Positions 36,971 to 46,897 of a DNA stretch of 54,774 nucleotides are shown here, piece after piece (the stretch's first letter is position 1; the number at the start of each line of letters is the position of its first letter). The stretch covers positions 1 through 54,774 of the forward strand of contig JBKJPT010000052.1 of NCBI GenBank assembly GCA_046595075.1, written 5' to 3'. Below the pieces are notes generated by a model. It saw nothing but the letters and a program-made list of their open reading frames with translations. It was not told where the DNA came from and did not search any database. The DNA is from Flavobacteriales bacterium. GTDB taxonomy: Bacteria > Bacteroidota > Bacteroidia > Flavobacteriales_F > PHOS-HE28. The position numbers were made by a program, and so were the translations under genes.

Positions 36971-39163
36971 TCAGCGTCGACCGGGTTTCCTTTTACCACT
37001 TGGTCGGCGCTCGAACTTGCCCGATGTGGTAATGGGTCCGCGCCCCTCCACGAGTACGAGGTCCACTGTGCGGCGGTCCATGTCCACGGCACGGATGGTG
37101 ACCATGATCTCATCGCCGAGCCTGAATTTGCGTCCTGTCCGTTGGCCGGTGATGCAGTAGTGCTCCTTGTCGAACCGGAAGAGATCTCCGGGGAGCTCTC
37201 GCAAACCGACCATGCCTTCGCACTTGTTCTCGCGCAGCTCCACATAGATGCCCCAGTTCGTCAAGCCGCTGATGATGCCCTCAAAGCTTTGTCCGATCCG
37301 GGCCAGCAGATATTCGGCCTGCTTGTAACGAATGCTCGCTCGTTCGGCATCTGCCGCTTGCTTTTCCATACGCGAGCTATGCTTGCAGCTCAGCTCCAGA
37401 GCTTCTTGGTCAAGGTGCGCGCCGCCCGCGAGGTAGTGCGCCAAGGCACGATGTACGATCAGGTCCGGGTAACGCCGGATGGGGGAGGTGAAGTGCGTGT
37501 AGTGCTCGAAGGCTAGGCCATAGTGTCCGATGTTCTCCGTGCTGTAGATCGCCTTGGACATGCTGCGTATGGCCACCTGCTTGATCATGTTCTCCTCCTC
37601 CTTACCACGCACATCGTGCAGTAGTCGATTGATCGCATGCGGAAGGTCCTCGCCCTGTTTGGTCACCAACGCATGCCCGAAGCTCTTAGCCAAAGAGCGA
37701 AGCTGTTCCACCTTCTCCGGGTCGGGCAGATCGTGGATGCGATAGACGAACGGCGGTACGCCGCCCTTCTTCTGCTTGCCCACCCAAGCGGCCACGCGCT
37801 TGTTGGCGAGCAACATGAACTCTTCGATAAGCCAGTTGGCTGGGCCCATCACCTTCTCATACACGTCGATCGGAGCGCCCTTCTCATCTAGTTTGAATCT
37901 CACCTCGTTGCCACCGATCTCCAGTGCGCCATTGGCAATGCGCTCCTTGCGCATCACTTGGGCAAGGCGGTGCAGCGTGAGCACCTCTTCTTTGAAATCA
38001 CCATCTCCGCCATCGATGATCGCCTGCGCCTCTGCATATGCGAATCGGCGCTGTGAACGCATTACCGTGCGCCCGAACCATTCGTTCGAGATATGCGCTT
38101 TCTCATCCAACTCGAAGATGGCGCTGAAGCTCAGCTTGTCGGTGTTCGGGTTGAGAGAGCAGAGGTCGTTGCTCAACTTCTCCGGAAGCATGGGCACCAC
38201 ACGGTCCACGAGGTAAACGCTGGTTGCGCGGCTCGCGGCCTCGATATCCAGTATGCCGCGCGCGCGCACATAGTGGCTCACATCTGCGATATGCACACCC
38301 ACCTCCCAGTGTCCGTTTTCGAGCTTGCGAAGGCTCAGTGCATCATCTAGGTCCTTCGCGTCATCGGGGTCTATCGTGAGCGTGGGGATCCTGCGCACGT
38401 CGCGGCGCTTGCCGACCTCTTCCGCCGTAACGCCGTTCGGGATCTCCTCTGAGGCCCGCACCACGCTTTCGGGGAATTCTAGCGGCAGGCCGAACTCCGC
38501 GAGGATCGCGTGCATTTCCACATTGTGCTCACCGGCTCGGCCAAGCACCCGCACCACTTTGCCACGCGGCACGTCGCGTGTATCCTTCCACTCGCCCAAC
38601 TCTATGATCGCTTTGTCGCCCTCTTTGGCGTTCATGGCCTCGTGTGGCGGAATGAAGAAAGGCTTTTGCACGCGCGGATCGTCAGCCACGAGCATCAGTC
38701 GCCCTTGGCGCTTATGTACCGTACCCACGAATTCTTTCCGTCGCCGCACAAGTACCTCAAGCACCGCGCCCTCGGCGCGCGAGCCCCTGGCGCTCAGCAC
38801 CTTGACAAGTACCCGGTCTCCATGCAGGGCCATGCCCACATTGCGGCCGTGCACGAAAAGGTCCTCTGTTCCGCCCTCAATGCGCACATACCCAGCCCCG
38901 CTGGTAATTATATCGATGGTTCCCTCCACAGCATCCTTTCCACCCTGCGCTGTATATCGACCCTTCTTGCCGCTTTGTATCCTGCCCTGGTCCAGCAATA
39001 TGTCGATCGCATCGAAGAGGAGGTACCGGTGGTCTTTGTCCTTGAAGCCCAATTGCAGGGCAAGCTGCTGGCTGGTAACGCCCGCATGACCAGCCTTCCT
39101 AACGGCGGCCAGTACATCTTGGGCAAGCTGGCCGGGAGGGGGCAGGGAATGGCTTTTGGGCAT
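36971..39163 (-). CDS. rnr: Ribonuclease R
   Basis: TIDPDDAKDLDDALS, VHIADVSHYV, ATSVYL, LIEEFMLLAN, YTHFTSPIRRYPDL, C-terminal S1 domain and basic tail. Confidence 0.95.
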   Translation of the reverse strand: MPKSHSLPPPGQLAQDVLAAVRKAGHAGVTSQQLALQLGFKDKDHRYLLFDAIDILLDQGRIQSGKKGRYTAQGGKDAVEGTIDIITSGAGYVRIEGGTEDLFVHGRNVGMALHGDRVLVKVLSARGSRAEGAVLEVLVRRRKEFVGTVHKRQGRLMLVADDPRVQKPFFIPPHEAMNAKEGDKAIIELGEWKDTRDVPRGKVVRVLGRAGEHNVEMHAILAEFGLPLEFPESVVRASEEIPNGVTAEEVGKRRDVRRIPTLTIDPDDAKDLDDALSLRKLENGHWEVGVHIADVSHYVRARGILDIEAASRATSVYLVDRVVPMLPEKLSNDLCSLNPNTDKLSFSAIFELDEKAHISNEWFGRTVMRSQRRFAYAEAQAIIDGGDGDFKEEVLTLHRLAQVMRKERIANGALEIGGNEVRFKLDEKGAPIDVYEKVMGPANWLIEEFMLLANKRVAAWVGKQKKGGVPPFVYRIHDLPDPEKVEQLRSLAKSFGHALVTKQGEDLPHAINRLLHDVRGKEEENMIKQVAIRSMSKAIYSTENIGHYGLAFEHYTHFTSPIRRYPDLIVHRALAHYLAGGAHLDQEALELSCKHSSRMEKQAADAERASIRYKQAEYLLARIGQSFEGIISGLTNWGIYVELRENKCEGMVGLRELPGDLFRFDKEHYCITGQRTGRKFRLGDEIMVTIRAVDMDRRTVDLVLVEGRGPITTSGKFERRPSGKRKPGRR

Positions 39164-39238
39164 GTGGTCGAAAGACTCCGGAAAGAACTTCCGAGGCGGG
39201 TGGCAAGATAGCCGGGGGCCGGGCCATGGCCTCACCGG

Positions 39239-39274
39239 CGATCGTTGATAACCCGCTGGGGATCTCTACATTTG
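39239..39274. promoter_or_regulatory. prs promoter (-7 TACATTTG) preceded by a DnaA-box-like site
   Basis: TACATTTG at 39267-74 matches Bacteroidota TAnnTTTG; TTATCAACG on the minus strand at 39243-51. Confidence 0.6.
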
Positions 39275-39299
39275 CGGCCCGTTTCCGAGACCCACCCAC

Positions 39300-40247
39300 A
39301 TGCTAGAAAGCGCTAAGATCTTCAGCGGTACCGCCACCCGGTACTTGGCCGAGCAGATCGCCGCAGTTGGTGGAGAGCGCTTGGGCGAGGTCACGGTGAG
39401 CCGCTTCAGCGATGGCGAGTTCCAACCGAGCTTCGAGGAAACCGTACGTGGCGACTTGGTCTTCGTCGTCCAGAGCACCTTCCCGCCGGCGGACAACCTG
39501 CTGGAGCTGCTCATGATGGTGGATGCCGCGAAGCGCGCAAGCGCCAAGCGGATCGTTGCGGTGATACCCTATTTCGGCTTCGCCAGACAGGATCGCAAAG
39601 ACAAGCCGCGCGTGAGCATCGGCGCAAAGCTGGTGGCCAACATGCTCACCGCCGCAGGGGTGGATCGGATCATGACCATGGACCTGCACGCCGACCAGAT
39701 CCAAGGCTTCTTTGAGGTGCCGGTGGACCACCTCTTCGCCAGCAGCATCTTTCTTCCGCATATCAAATCGCTCGGGCTTAAGGATCTGGTGATGGCTGCG
39801 CCGGATACGGGCGGCACCAAGCGCGCCAACGCATACAGCAAGCACCTGGGCTGCGACATGGCCATTTGCTACAAGCAGCGCAAGGTCGCCAACCAGATCG
39901 AGCGCATGACCGTGATCGGTGACGTGAAGGGCAAGAACGTGGTGCTCGTGGACGACATGATCGACACCGCCGGCACGCTCACCAAGGCCGCCGATATGAT
40001 GACCGATCTCGGGGCGCTCAGCGTGCGCGCTGTATGCACGCATGCTGTGCTCAGTGGCGAAGCCTGCCAGCGGATAGAGAAGAGCACGCTCACCGAACTC
40101 ATAGTTACCGACACCATTCCTCTCGGGCCGGAGAAACTGGCCCACACCAACAAGATCAAACAGATCTCCGTAGCCCAACTCTTCGCCGACGTGATCCGTC
40201 GCGTGCGCAGCCACGAAAGCATCAGCAGCCATTTCATCATCGCATAA
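39300..40247 (+). CDS. prs: Ribose-phosphate pyrophosphokinase
   Basis: RFSDGE, PYFGFARQDRK, MDLHADQIQGFF, LVDDMIDTAGT. Confidence 0.97.
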   Translation: MLESAKIFSGTATRYLAEQIAAVGGERLGEVTVSRFSDGEFQPSFEETVRGDLVFVVQSTFPPADNLLELLMMVDAAKRASAKRIVAVIPYFGFARQDRKDKPRVSIGAKLVANMLTAAGVDRIMTMDLHADQIQGFFEVPVDHLFASSIFLPHIKSLGLKDLVMAAPDTGGTKRANAYSKHLGCDMAICYKQRKVANQIERMTVIGDVKGKNVVLVDDMIDTAGTLTKAADMMTDLGALSVRAVCTHAVLSGEACQRIEKSTLTELIVTDTIPLGPEKLAHTNKIKQISVAQLFADVIRRVRSHESISSHFIIA

Positions 40248-40260
40248 CAACCGTTCGCAC

Positions 40261-40941
40261 ATGAACACCATAGCGCTCAGCGGCTCAGCCCGCCAACAGA
40301 TCGGAACCAAGAACGCCGCCCAATTGCGCCGGGCCAAACGCGTTCCCTGTGTACTCTACGGCGGTGGCAGCACCGTGCACTTCAGTGTGGAAGAAACCGC
40401 ACTACGTAAAGTGGTGTTCACCCCCGAGGTCAACAGCATCGAGCTGGACATCGACGGCAACAAGACGCTCGCCCTTGTGCACCAGAAGCAGTTCCACCCA
40501 CTGGGCGACCATGTGATACACGTGGACTTCATGGAGATCAAGGCCGATCGCGAAACCCGCGCACTGCTCTCGCTCCGCATCACGGGTCAGGCTCCCGGCG
40601 TGCGCGATGGTGGCAAGCTGAACCAGACCATGCGCAAGCTGCTGGTGAAAGGGCTACCAGCACACATTCCACAGCACGTGGATGTGGACATTAGCGGCAT
40701 GAAGCTGAACAGCAGTATTCATGTGAGCGACCTGAAGCTCGAGGGCCTCACCATTCTGGAGCGCCTCACCGATGTGATCGCTACCGTGAAGATGCCGAAG
40801 AAGGTGGAAGAAGTGGCGGCTACGGCCGCCGCCGTACCCGGTGCCGCACCTGTTGCTGGCGCTGCGCCAGCCGCTGGCGATGCCGCAAAGGCCGCCGACG
40901 GCAAGCCCGCTGCCGATGCCAAACCCGCCGGGAAGAAGTAG
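40261..40941 (+). CDS. rplY: 50S ribosomal protein bL25 (long Ctc form)
   Basis: LRRAKRVPCVLYG, QFHPL, HVDF, GVRDGGKL, IHVSDL; Ala/Pro-rich tail; located between prs and pth. Confidence 0.95.
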   Translation: MNTIALSGSARQQIGTKNAAQLRRAKRVPCVLYGGGSTVHFSVEETALRKVVFTPEVNSIELDIDGNKTLALVHQKQFHPLGDHVIHVDFMEIKADRETRALLSLRITGQAPGVRDGGKLNQTMRKLLVKGLPAHIPQHVDVDISGMKLNSSIHVSDLKLEGLTILERLTDVIATVKMPKKVEEVAATAAAVPGAAPVAGAAPAAGDAAKAADGKPAADAKPAGKK

Positions 40942-40975
40942 GCTTCGACGGGCTTGGCCCAACAACGACCATGAT

Positions 40976-41010
40976 CGAGCCCCTGACAATGTCGGGGGCT
41001 CGCTTCTTTT
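40976..41010 (+). terminator. Rho-independent terminator after rplY
   Basis: CGAGCCCCTGAC-AAT-GTCGGGGGCTCG followed by CTTCTTTT. Confidence 0.75.
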
Positions 41011-41019
41011 GCACCCGCA

Positions 41020-41583
41020 ATGAAGTTCCTCATCGTAGGCCTTGGCAACCCGGGCCCGGAATACGCCGGTACTCGGCACAACATCGGGTTCCAAGTGCTC
41101 GATCATTTGGCGGCGAGCGCTGATGTGCGTTTCGGACCCGAGCGCTATGGTGATCGTGCGGACCTGCGCCACAAGGGCCGTTCCTTCATCTTGGTCAAGC
41201 CCAGCACCTTCATGAACTTGAGCGGAAAGGCCGTGCGCTATTGGATGGACCAAGAGGACATTCCTTCGGAGCGCGTGCTGGTGATCGCGGACGACCTGGC
41301 TCTTCCGTACGGCACCATCCGCATCCGCAGCAAAGGAGGAGCGGGCGGGCACAAAGGGCTGACCAGCATAATTGAACTGATCGGCACGGAGGAATTCCCC
41401 CGCCTGCGCTTCGGCATCGGAAGTGATTTCAACAAAGGCCGCCAGAGCGAATACGTACTGGGCCTTTGGAGCGCCGAAGAGCAGAGAACATTGAACGAAC
41501 GCATCGAGCTCTCGGCCAAAGCGGTATTGCAGTTCGGGCTCCTTGGTGTTGCGAGTGCGATGAACAACTTCAATAAGCGCTGA
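41020..41583 (+). CDS. pth: Peptidyl-tRNA hydrolase
   Basis: LIVGLGNPG, TRHNIGF, KPSTFMNLSG, GGHKGL, RLRFGIG. Confidence 0.96.
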   Translation: MKFLIVGLGNPGPEYAGTRHNIGFQVLDHLAASADVRFGPERYGDRADLRHKGRSFILVKPSTFMNLSGKAVRYWMDQEDIPSERVLVIADDLALPYGTIRIRSKGGAGGHKGLTSIIELIGTEEFPRLRFGIGSDFNKGRQSEYVLGLWSAEEQRTLNERIELSAKAVLQFGLLGVASAMNNFNKR

Positions 41584-41633
41584 ACAAGGCCGGGCAGGCC
41601 CGCGTTACCTTCGAACCCCCAATACCAACGACC

Positions 41634-42152
41634 ATGCTTAGCAAGAAGATCGAAGCGGCGCTTAACGGCCAGGTTGCCACCGAAGCAATGAGCAGCCAGG
41701 CCTACTTGGCCATGGCCTCATGGGCCGAGAACCAAGGCCTGCAGGGCACGGCAGCGTTCCTTTACCGCCACAGCGATGAAGAACGCCAGCACATGCTGAA
41801 GCTGATCAAGTTCGTGAACGAACGTGGCGGCAAAGCGGTGGTGCCTGCGCTGAAGCAACCCAGCACCAACTACAACAATATCACCGACATCTTCAAAGCA
41901 CTGCTGCATCACGAGACCGCAGTGACCGAGGAGATCAACAAAGTGGTGGACCTTTGTTTGAGCGCCAAGGACTACACCACGCACAACTTCATGCAGTGGT
42001 ACGTGGGAGAGCAGATCGAAGAAGAAGCCTTGGCGCGCACGCTGATCGACAAGCTTAACCTCATCGGGAACGACAAGGGGGGCCTGTATCTCTTCGACCG
42101 TGACCTGGAAGGCATGACAGGAGGACCGGGCGCGAACAAACAAGGGCGCTAG
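41634..42152 (+). CDS. ftnA: Non-heme ferritin
   Basis: YLAMASW, EERQHM, HETAVT, FMQWYVGEQIEEE ferroxidase residues. Confidence 0.92.
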   Translation: MLSKKIEAALNGQVATEAMSSQAYLAMASWAENQGLQGTAAFLYRHSDEERQHMLKLIKFVNERGGKAVVPALKQPSTNYNNITDIFKALLHHETAVTEEINKVVDLCLSAKDYTTHNFMQWYVGEQIEEEALARTLIDKLNLIGNDKGGLYLFDRDLEGMTGGPGANKQGR

Positions 42153-42153
42153 A

Positions 42154-43638
42154 TCACCACGGCCAATCGCCCCCGATCCGCAAGGGTTGTTCCAGCCCAG
42201 CGGAGATCAACCGTTCACGTAACTGATCCGTGTTGAAATGTGGAGGAAGTGCTTCCGCCGCAGCGAGTCGATAGACCAACTGGCCAACGAAGCGCACATT
42301 GTTCACCATGGCCTGCGGATCCACTAGGTGGATATCGTCGCAGCTACTGTGATAACAACCATACACATGTTTGCCCAGATCGCTGAGCGGGTAGATCGTG
42401 GGCACACCTTGTAACAGGAACGGCTGATGGTCGCTGTGCAGCCACACCTCCTCGCTGAGTTTTCCTTCGAAGGCTGCCGTGTCGATCGCCGCGATCTCCT
42501 TCGATAATGCGCCGATCAACTGACCCCAATCATCGGGTCCCGCCACGCCGAACCCTTGTGGGTTGCCGCTCATATCCAGGTTGATCATGCACTTGATGCG
42601 CGCCAGCTCTCCGGTCTCCGCATAGTGTTTCACTAGCGCGCGTGAGCCGAGGAGTCCCTGCTCTTCACCCATGAAGAGCACGAAGCGCACGGTGCGTTCC
42701 GGCTTGATGGGGAACACCGCCATGGCGCGAGCGAGATCGAGGATGGAGAACGAACCGAGCCCATTGTCGGTAGCTCCTGTGGCAAGGTCCCAACAATCCA
42801 GGTGGCCCCCAACGAGGATCACCTCGTCGGGCTTTTTGGATCCCGGGATCTCCGCTATGATGTCGTGTGCGCTCACCATGGTGCTTGTGTTGCCCATGGT
42901 CAGTCGCGCGGTTGGTGTTTCTTGGCGTGCGAGACGTTCGCGCAGGTCTTTCCCGTCCTCGGTGGAAACACACGCCGCCGGGACCGGAATGATGGTGCCA
43001 TCGATCGATGCCGTGCCGGTTAGAAGAATGTGCCCTTCGACCTGATTGACGAAGATCAACATGGCCGCTCCGCGCTCCATGGCCAGGGCAGCCTTCTCGC
43101 TCCGATGAAGGTTCTTGGTGCCCTCGGGAGCTCCCACGAGGCCTAGGTTGATCAGCAGCGCGGACCCCTTCGCGCGAACACCCAGCGAGTCGAGGTCGGC
43201 GGGCAACCCATTGTACGCGTCAACAATTGGCGCCTCCACCTGCGCTTGCAATGGAGTGTTGGCCAACGCCACTGCGGCCATGTGCGTGGCGCCGGAGGTG
43301 CCGCTCACGGTGAGCTGTATGGTTCCGCGGGACCAAGCCTGGGCCGTGAAGGGGAAGCGACCCACCACGGGCAGTTCGTTCGCACGGAGCAAACTATCGG
43401 CGAGATCCTCGGCCCGCACACCGTTCAAGCTGCCGGTGAGGCGGTGTCCGATGTGCTCGGTGCTCCAGCGCAACCATTGGTACCCCTGGGCCTCTTGCTG
43501 CACGGAAAGATCGAACTCTGCTGCCCCGGGGAACTGCGCGCATACGTCAACACCCGCGTGTTGACAGATGCACAAGAGCAGCAGGGCACGCAGCCCCCGC
43601 AGTCCGATACTTTGCCAAGTGTTGATGTTGTTCGGCAT
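42154..43638 (-). CDS. M28 family (carboxypeptidase Q-like) peptidase
   Basis: IGHRLTGS, GGHLDCWD, GATDNG, GEEQGLLGS, HSDHQPF, YHSSCD. Confidence 0.88.
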   Translation of the reverse strand: MPNNINTWQSIGLRGLRALLLLCICQHAGVDVCAQFPGAAEFDLSVQQEAQGYQWLRWSTEHIGHRLTGSLNGVRAEDLADSLLRANELPVVGRFPFTAQAWSRGTIQLTVSGTSGATHMAAVALANTPLQAQVEAPIVDAYNGLPADLDSLGVRAKGSALLINLGLVGAPEGTKNLHRSEKAALAMERGAAMLIFVNQVEGHILLTGTASIDGTIIPVPAACVSTEDGKDLRERLARQETPTARLTMGNTSTMVSAHDIIAEIPGSKKPDEVILVGGHLDCWDLATGATDNGLGSFSILDLARAMAVFPIKPERTVRFVLFMGEEQGLLGSRALVKHYAETGELARIKCMINLDMSGNPQGFGVAGPDDWGQLIGALSKEIAAIDTAAFEGKLSEEVWLHSDHQPFLLQGVPTIYPLSDLGKHVYGCYHSSCDDIHLVDPQAMVNNVRFVGQLVYRLAAAEALPPHFNTDQLRERLISAGLEQPLRIGGDWPW

Positions 43639-43675
43639 GGGATCGGCGAAGAGCGCCGCCAAATCTAAAGGCACC

Positions 43676-44221
43676 TTGTGGTCATTGGGCAGGTATGCGC
43701 GCACATTGGTGCTGATCCCGCTGGTGGTGTGCGTAGCCGCCACCCCACAGCGCGATGCTGAGAAGGACACCACATCCATCCTGCAGGCCAACTACCTCTA
43801 CAACATCGCCAAGCTGGTGGAGTGGAAGGACCCCGCGATGCGGAGCGGCAATTTCATCATCGGCGTGATCGGCGGAGCCAACCTGTACCAAGAGCTGATC
43901 AAGCAGTACAGCACGCGCACCATCGGCAAGCAACCGATCGAAGTGCGCAAGCTGCCGCGTTCAGCCGAAGTGGAGCGCTGCCATATGCTCTTCGTGGGCA
44001 AGGCCGACTTGGCGATGCTGCCGGAGATCTATAAGCGCATGAAGGACCAACCTACGTTGGTGATCACCGAATACGCAGGCGCGCTCGACGATGGTTCGGT
44101 CGTGAACTTCGTGAAGGTGGACAATCTGTTGAAGTACGAACTGAGCATGGCCAACGCCAAGGGCCATGGTCTTGTCGTTGGACTCACACTTAAGAACCTC
44201 GCACACCGCGTGGAAGAATGA
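43676..44221 (+). CDS. YfiR/HmsC-like (DUF4154) periplasmic protein
   Basis: Signal peptide, then LQANYLYNIAKLVEW, FIIGVIG, ERCHMLFVG, TLVITE, VVNFV, LKYEL, LKNLA (YfiR pattern). TTG start uncertain (43676 or 43685). Confidence 0.8.
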   Translation: MWSLGRYARTLVLIPLVVCVAATPQRDAEKDTTSILQANYLYNIAKLVEWKDPAMRSGNFIIGVIGGANLYQELIKQYSTRTIGKQPIEVRKLPRSAEVERCHMLFVGKADLAMLPEIYKRMKDQPTLVITEYAGALDDGSVVNFVKVDNLLKYELSMANAKGHGLVVGLTLKNLAHRVEE

Positions 44222-45102
44222 ACAACCGCCTCCTCATAGCGCTCGTGAGCTTGTTGCTGGCACCACTGGCAATGGCACAGGACCCCTTCGTGGAGGCGCT
44301 GCGCCGCTACCAAGCAGGCGAGCTTGGACAGGCACGCGCACTGATCGACGAGGCCGTGACCATGCCCGCTCACACGGAGAACCCCGAGGCGTGGCTTTTG
44401 CGCGGTTTCGTTTACAAGGACCTGTACAAGGCCGCAACCACCCCGGCCGATGCGGACCGCTCACGCGACGAAGCGCTGAACAGTTTGTTCACATGCCTGG
44501 AGCTGGACAAGGACTCCGCCTACGCCGAGAACGCCACACAAGCATACGACTACCTCGCGCGGTCGTGCTTCAACGAAGCAGCCAAGGGGCTCAATGAGGG
44601 TGACGAAGTGCGCGCCACGGAATTGTTTGCGAAGTATAAAGCCGCTGTGTTGCGCCTGGACCCCAAGGCCGACCTGCGATCGCGTGAAGCGGAGTTCTCG
44701 AACGCGCTGGGCACGGTGTACACCAAACGCTTCAATCAGGACCGCACCCAGTTGCAATGGTTCGAAGAAGCGGTGGACGCTTACCAAGCCGTGCTCGTAC
44801 TGGACCCGGAGAACTACGGCGCCAACTACAACCTCGCCACACTGTACTACAACCTCGGCGTGTACCGCATCCGCGCCATCAAGGCCGATGACGACATCCC
44901 CAGCATACAGCAGATCCAGGAGGCCGCGCGGGAATACTTCAATCTCGCACTCCCCTTCATGCTCAAGGCGCATGACATGAACCCCACGCGCCGCGAGACG
45001 CTATTGGGGCTGGAGGGGATCTACTACAGCCTGCAGGACGAAATGAACTCCGAAAAATTCCGAGAGCTCTTCGATCTGTTGCCCCCGGAAGAAAAGCGCT
45101 AG
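44218..45102 (+). CDS. Exported tetratricopeptide repeat protein
   Basis: Signal peptide; EAWLLRGFVY, NALGTVY, LDPENYGANYNLATLYYN; ATGA overlap with the yfiR-like gene. Confidence 0.85.
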   Translation: MNNRLLIALVSLLLAPLAMAQDPFVEALRRYQAGELGQARALIDEAVTMPAHTENPEAWLLRGFVYKDLYKAATTPADADRSRDEALNSLFTCLELDKDSAYAENATQAYDYLARSCFNEAAKGLNEGDEVRATELFAKYKAAVLRLDPKADLRSREAEFSNALGTVYTKRFNQDRTQLQWFEEAVDAYQAVLVLDPENYGANYNLATLYYNLGVYRIRAIKADDDIPSIQQIQEAAREYFNLALPFMLKAHDMNPTRRETLLGLEGIYYSLQDEMNSEKFRELFDLLPPEEKR

Positions 45103-45106
45103 CACC

Positions 45107-46894
45107 ATGGCCATGCGCATGACCATCGGGCGGAAGATCGGAATGGGCTTCGGTCTGTTCATCTTCTTCGCCTTGCTCGTGGTGGTGCTCACCAATCGCA
45201 CACTGGAACGCAGCCGGGGTATCAACGAGGAGATCAATCAGGTTTATTCCCCCTCGGTGGATGCGCTCGTTCGCCTGCGCAACCTCACCGTGAGTACGCA
45301 TATGCTGATCAAGCACTGGGCTTTGCTCGAAAGCCGCGCGGACGCACCGGAAAAGACAGAGCTGGTGGAGATCACCACGCAGGACCTTCCGCAACTGCTC
45401 GATCGCGTGGACACCCTGATGGCGCACTGGGGTCGCGATGAAGTAGCGTTGATGAACCAGGTCTCTGCCGAGCTCGACGCGCTCTTCGTGTTGCACGAGC
45501 AGATCAAGACCATGTTGCCCTCACTGGAAAGCTATCGAGACCCGTTCGTGCACATGCAGCGCAATGATCTCGCCGAAGAAGGCGGTCCGTTGGATCAACA
45601 GACCCGGAAGGTGCTCGACGAACTGGACCACCTGCTGGAGTTGCAGGAGACCAAACGACGTGAACTCGGCGGCGGGATGATCCGCAGCTTCGACTCGCTC
45701 AAGTTCTTCGTGCTCTACATGGGCATTGCGTTGGTGGTGATCGGCCTCATCGTGGCCTTCGTCATCGTGCGCGACATCGTTGCGCCGGTGCAACGCCTGC
45801 GTCTTGTGCTCTTGAGCCTTGGCCGCGGCGTGTTCCCGCGCACCAAGGTGCGCACCACCAACGACGAGATCGGCGATATGAGCAAGGCGCTCACCTCGCT
45901 GGTGGAGGGGTTGCGGCGCACTACCGACTTCTCACACTCGGTGGCCGCGGGCAACTTCGAAGCGAGCTACCAACCGTTGAGCGAAGAGGACGTGTTGGGG
46001 CATGCGTTGCTAAAGATGCGCGACGAGCTCGGCCAACGCGAGCGCATCTTGGAACTGAAAGTGGTGGAGCGCACCGAGGAGGTGGTTCGGCAGAAGGAGG
46101 AAGTGGAACGGCAGAGCCGCAAGGTGGTTGAACTGTACAAGAACGTTACCGATAGCATCCGGTACGCGAAGCGACTACAGGAGTCCATACTGCCACCGGA
46201 GCGACGGATAAAGGAGATGCTACCGGAGACCTTCGTGTACTACAGACCAAAGGACATCGTGAGCGGCGACTTCTATTGGTTCGAACGCATCGACGATAAA
46301 ATTGTGTTCGCTGCGGTGGACTGCACCGGGCACGGCGTGCCCGGTGCTTTCATGAGCCTGATCGGCCACAATGGACTGAATCAGGCCGCGAAGGAGCGTA
46401 ACCGATCCCGCCCGAGCGAAGTGCTCGCTGACCTCAACCGCATCGCCTACGAAGCCCTGCACAAGGACCGGGAGCAATACCTGGTACGCGACGGCATGGA
46501 CATGGCCCTTTGCAGTTACGACCCCGCACGCGGCGTGCTGGAATATGCAGGAGCGAACTGCCCCCTGTATCTCGTTCGCGAAGGACAGGTGCTTCCCTTC
46601 GCGCCGGACAAGAACGCCATTGGCAGCTTCGACCTCACGGGACATGCATTCACCGACCACCGCATCCGGCTGCAATCGGGCGACATGGTGTACATCTTCT
46701 CCGATGGGTATCCCGATCAGTTCGGAGGTCCAAAGGGGAAGAAGTTCCTCTACCGTCGCTTCCGCGAGCTGCTGGTGGAGATCAGCACGTACCCTGTGGA
46801 TCGCCAGCGCAACATGCTCAACGATGAATTCAATGCGTGGCGCGGCGCCCACGAACAAGTGGACGACATCCTTGTGATCGGGATGCGCGCTTGA
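45107..46894 (+). CDS. Membrane sensor PP2C/SpoIIE (RsbU-like) phosphatase: TM-periplasmic helical sensor-TM-HAMP-SpoIIE
   Basis: Two TM segments, HAMP (PVQRL...DEIGDM), YAKRLQESILP, KDIVSGDFYW, DCTGHGVPGA, DGMD, FSDGYPDQFGG, DDILVIG. Confidence 0.9.
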   Translation: MAMRMTIGRKIGMGFGLFIFFALLVVVLTNRTLERSRGINEEINQVYSPSVDALVRLRNLTVSTHMLIKHWALLESRADAPEKTELVEITTQDLPQLLDRVDTLMAHWGRDEVALMNQVSAELDALFVLHEQIKTMLPSLESYRDPFVHMQRNDLAEEGGPLDQQTRKVLDELDHLLELQETKRRELGGGMIRSFDSLKFFVLYMGIALVVIGLIVAFVIVRDIVAPVQRLRLVLLSLGRGVFPRTKVRTTNDEIGDMSKALTSLVEGLRRTTDFSHSVAAGNFEASYQPLSEEDVLGHALLKMRDELGQRERILELKVVERTEEVVRQKEEVERQSRKVVELYKNVTDSIRYAKRLQESILPPERRIKEMLPETFVYYRPKDIVSGDFYWFERIDDKIVFAAVDCTGHGVPGAFMSLIGHNGLNQAAKERNRSRPSEVLADLNRIAYEALHKDREQYLVRDGMDMALCSYDPARGVLEYAGANCPLYLVREGQVLPFAPDKNAIGSFDLTGHAFTDHRIRLQSGDMVYIFSDGYPDQFGGPKGKKFLYRRFRELLVEISTYPVDRQRNMLNDEFNAWRGAHEQVDDILVIGMRA

Positions 46895-46897
46895 GCG

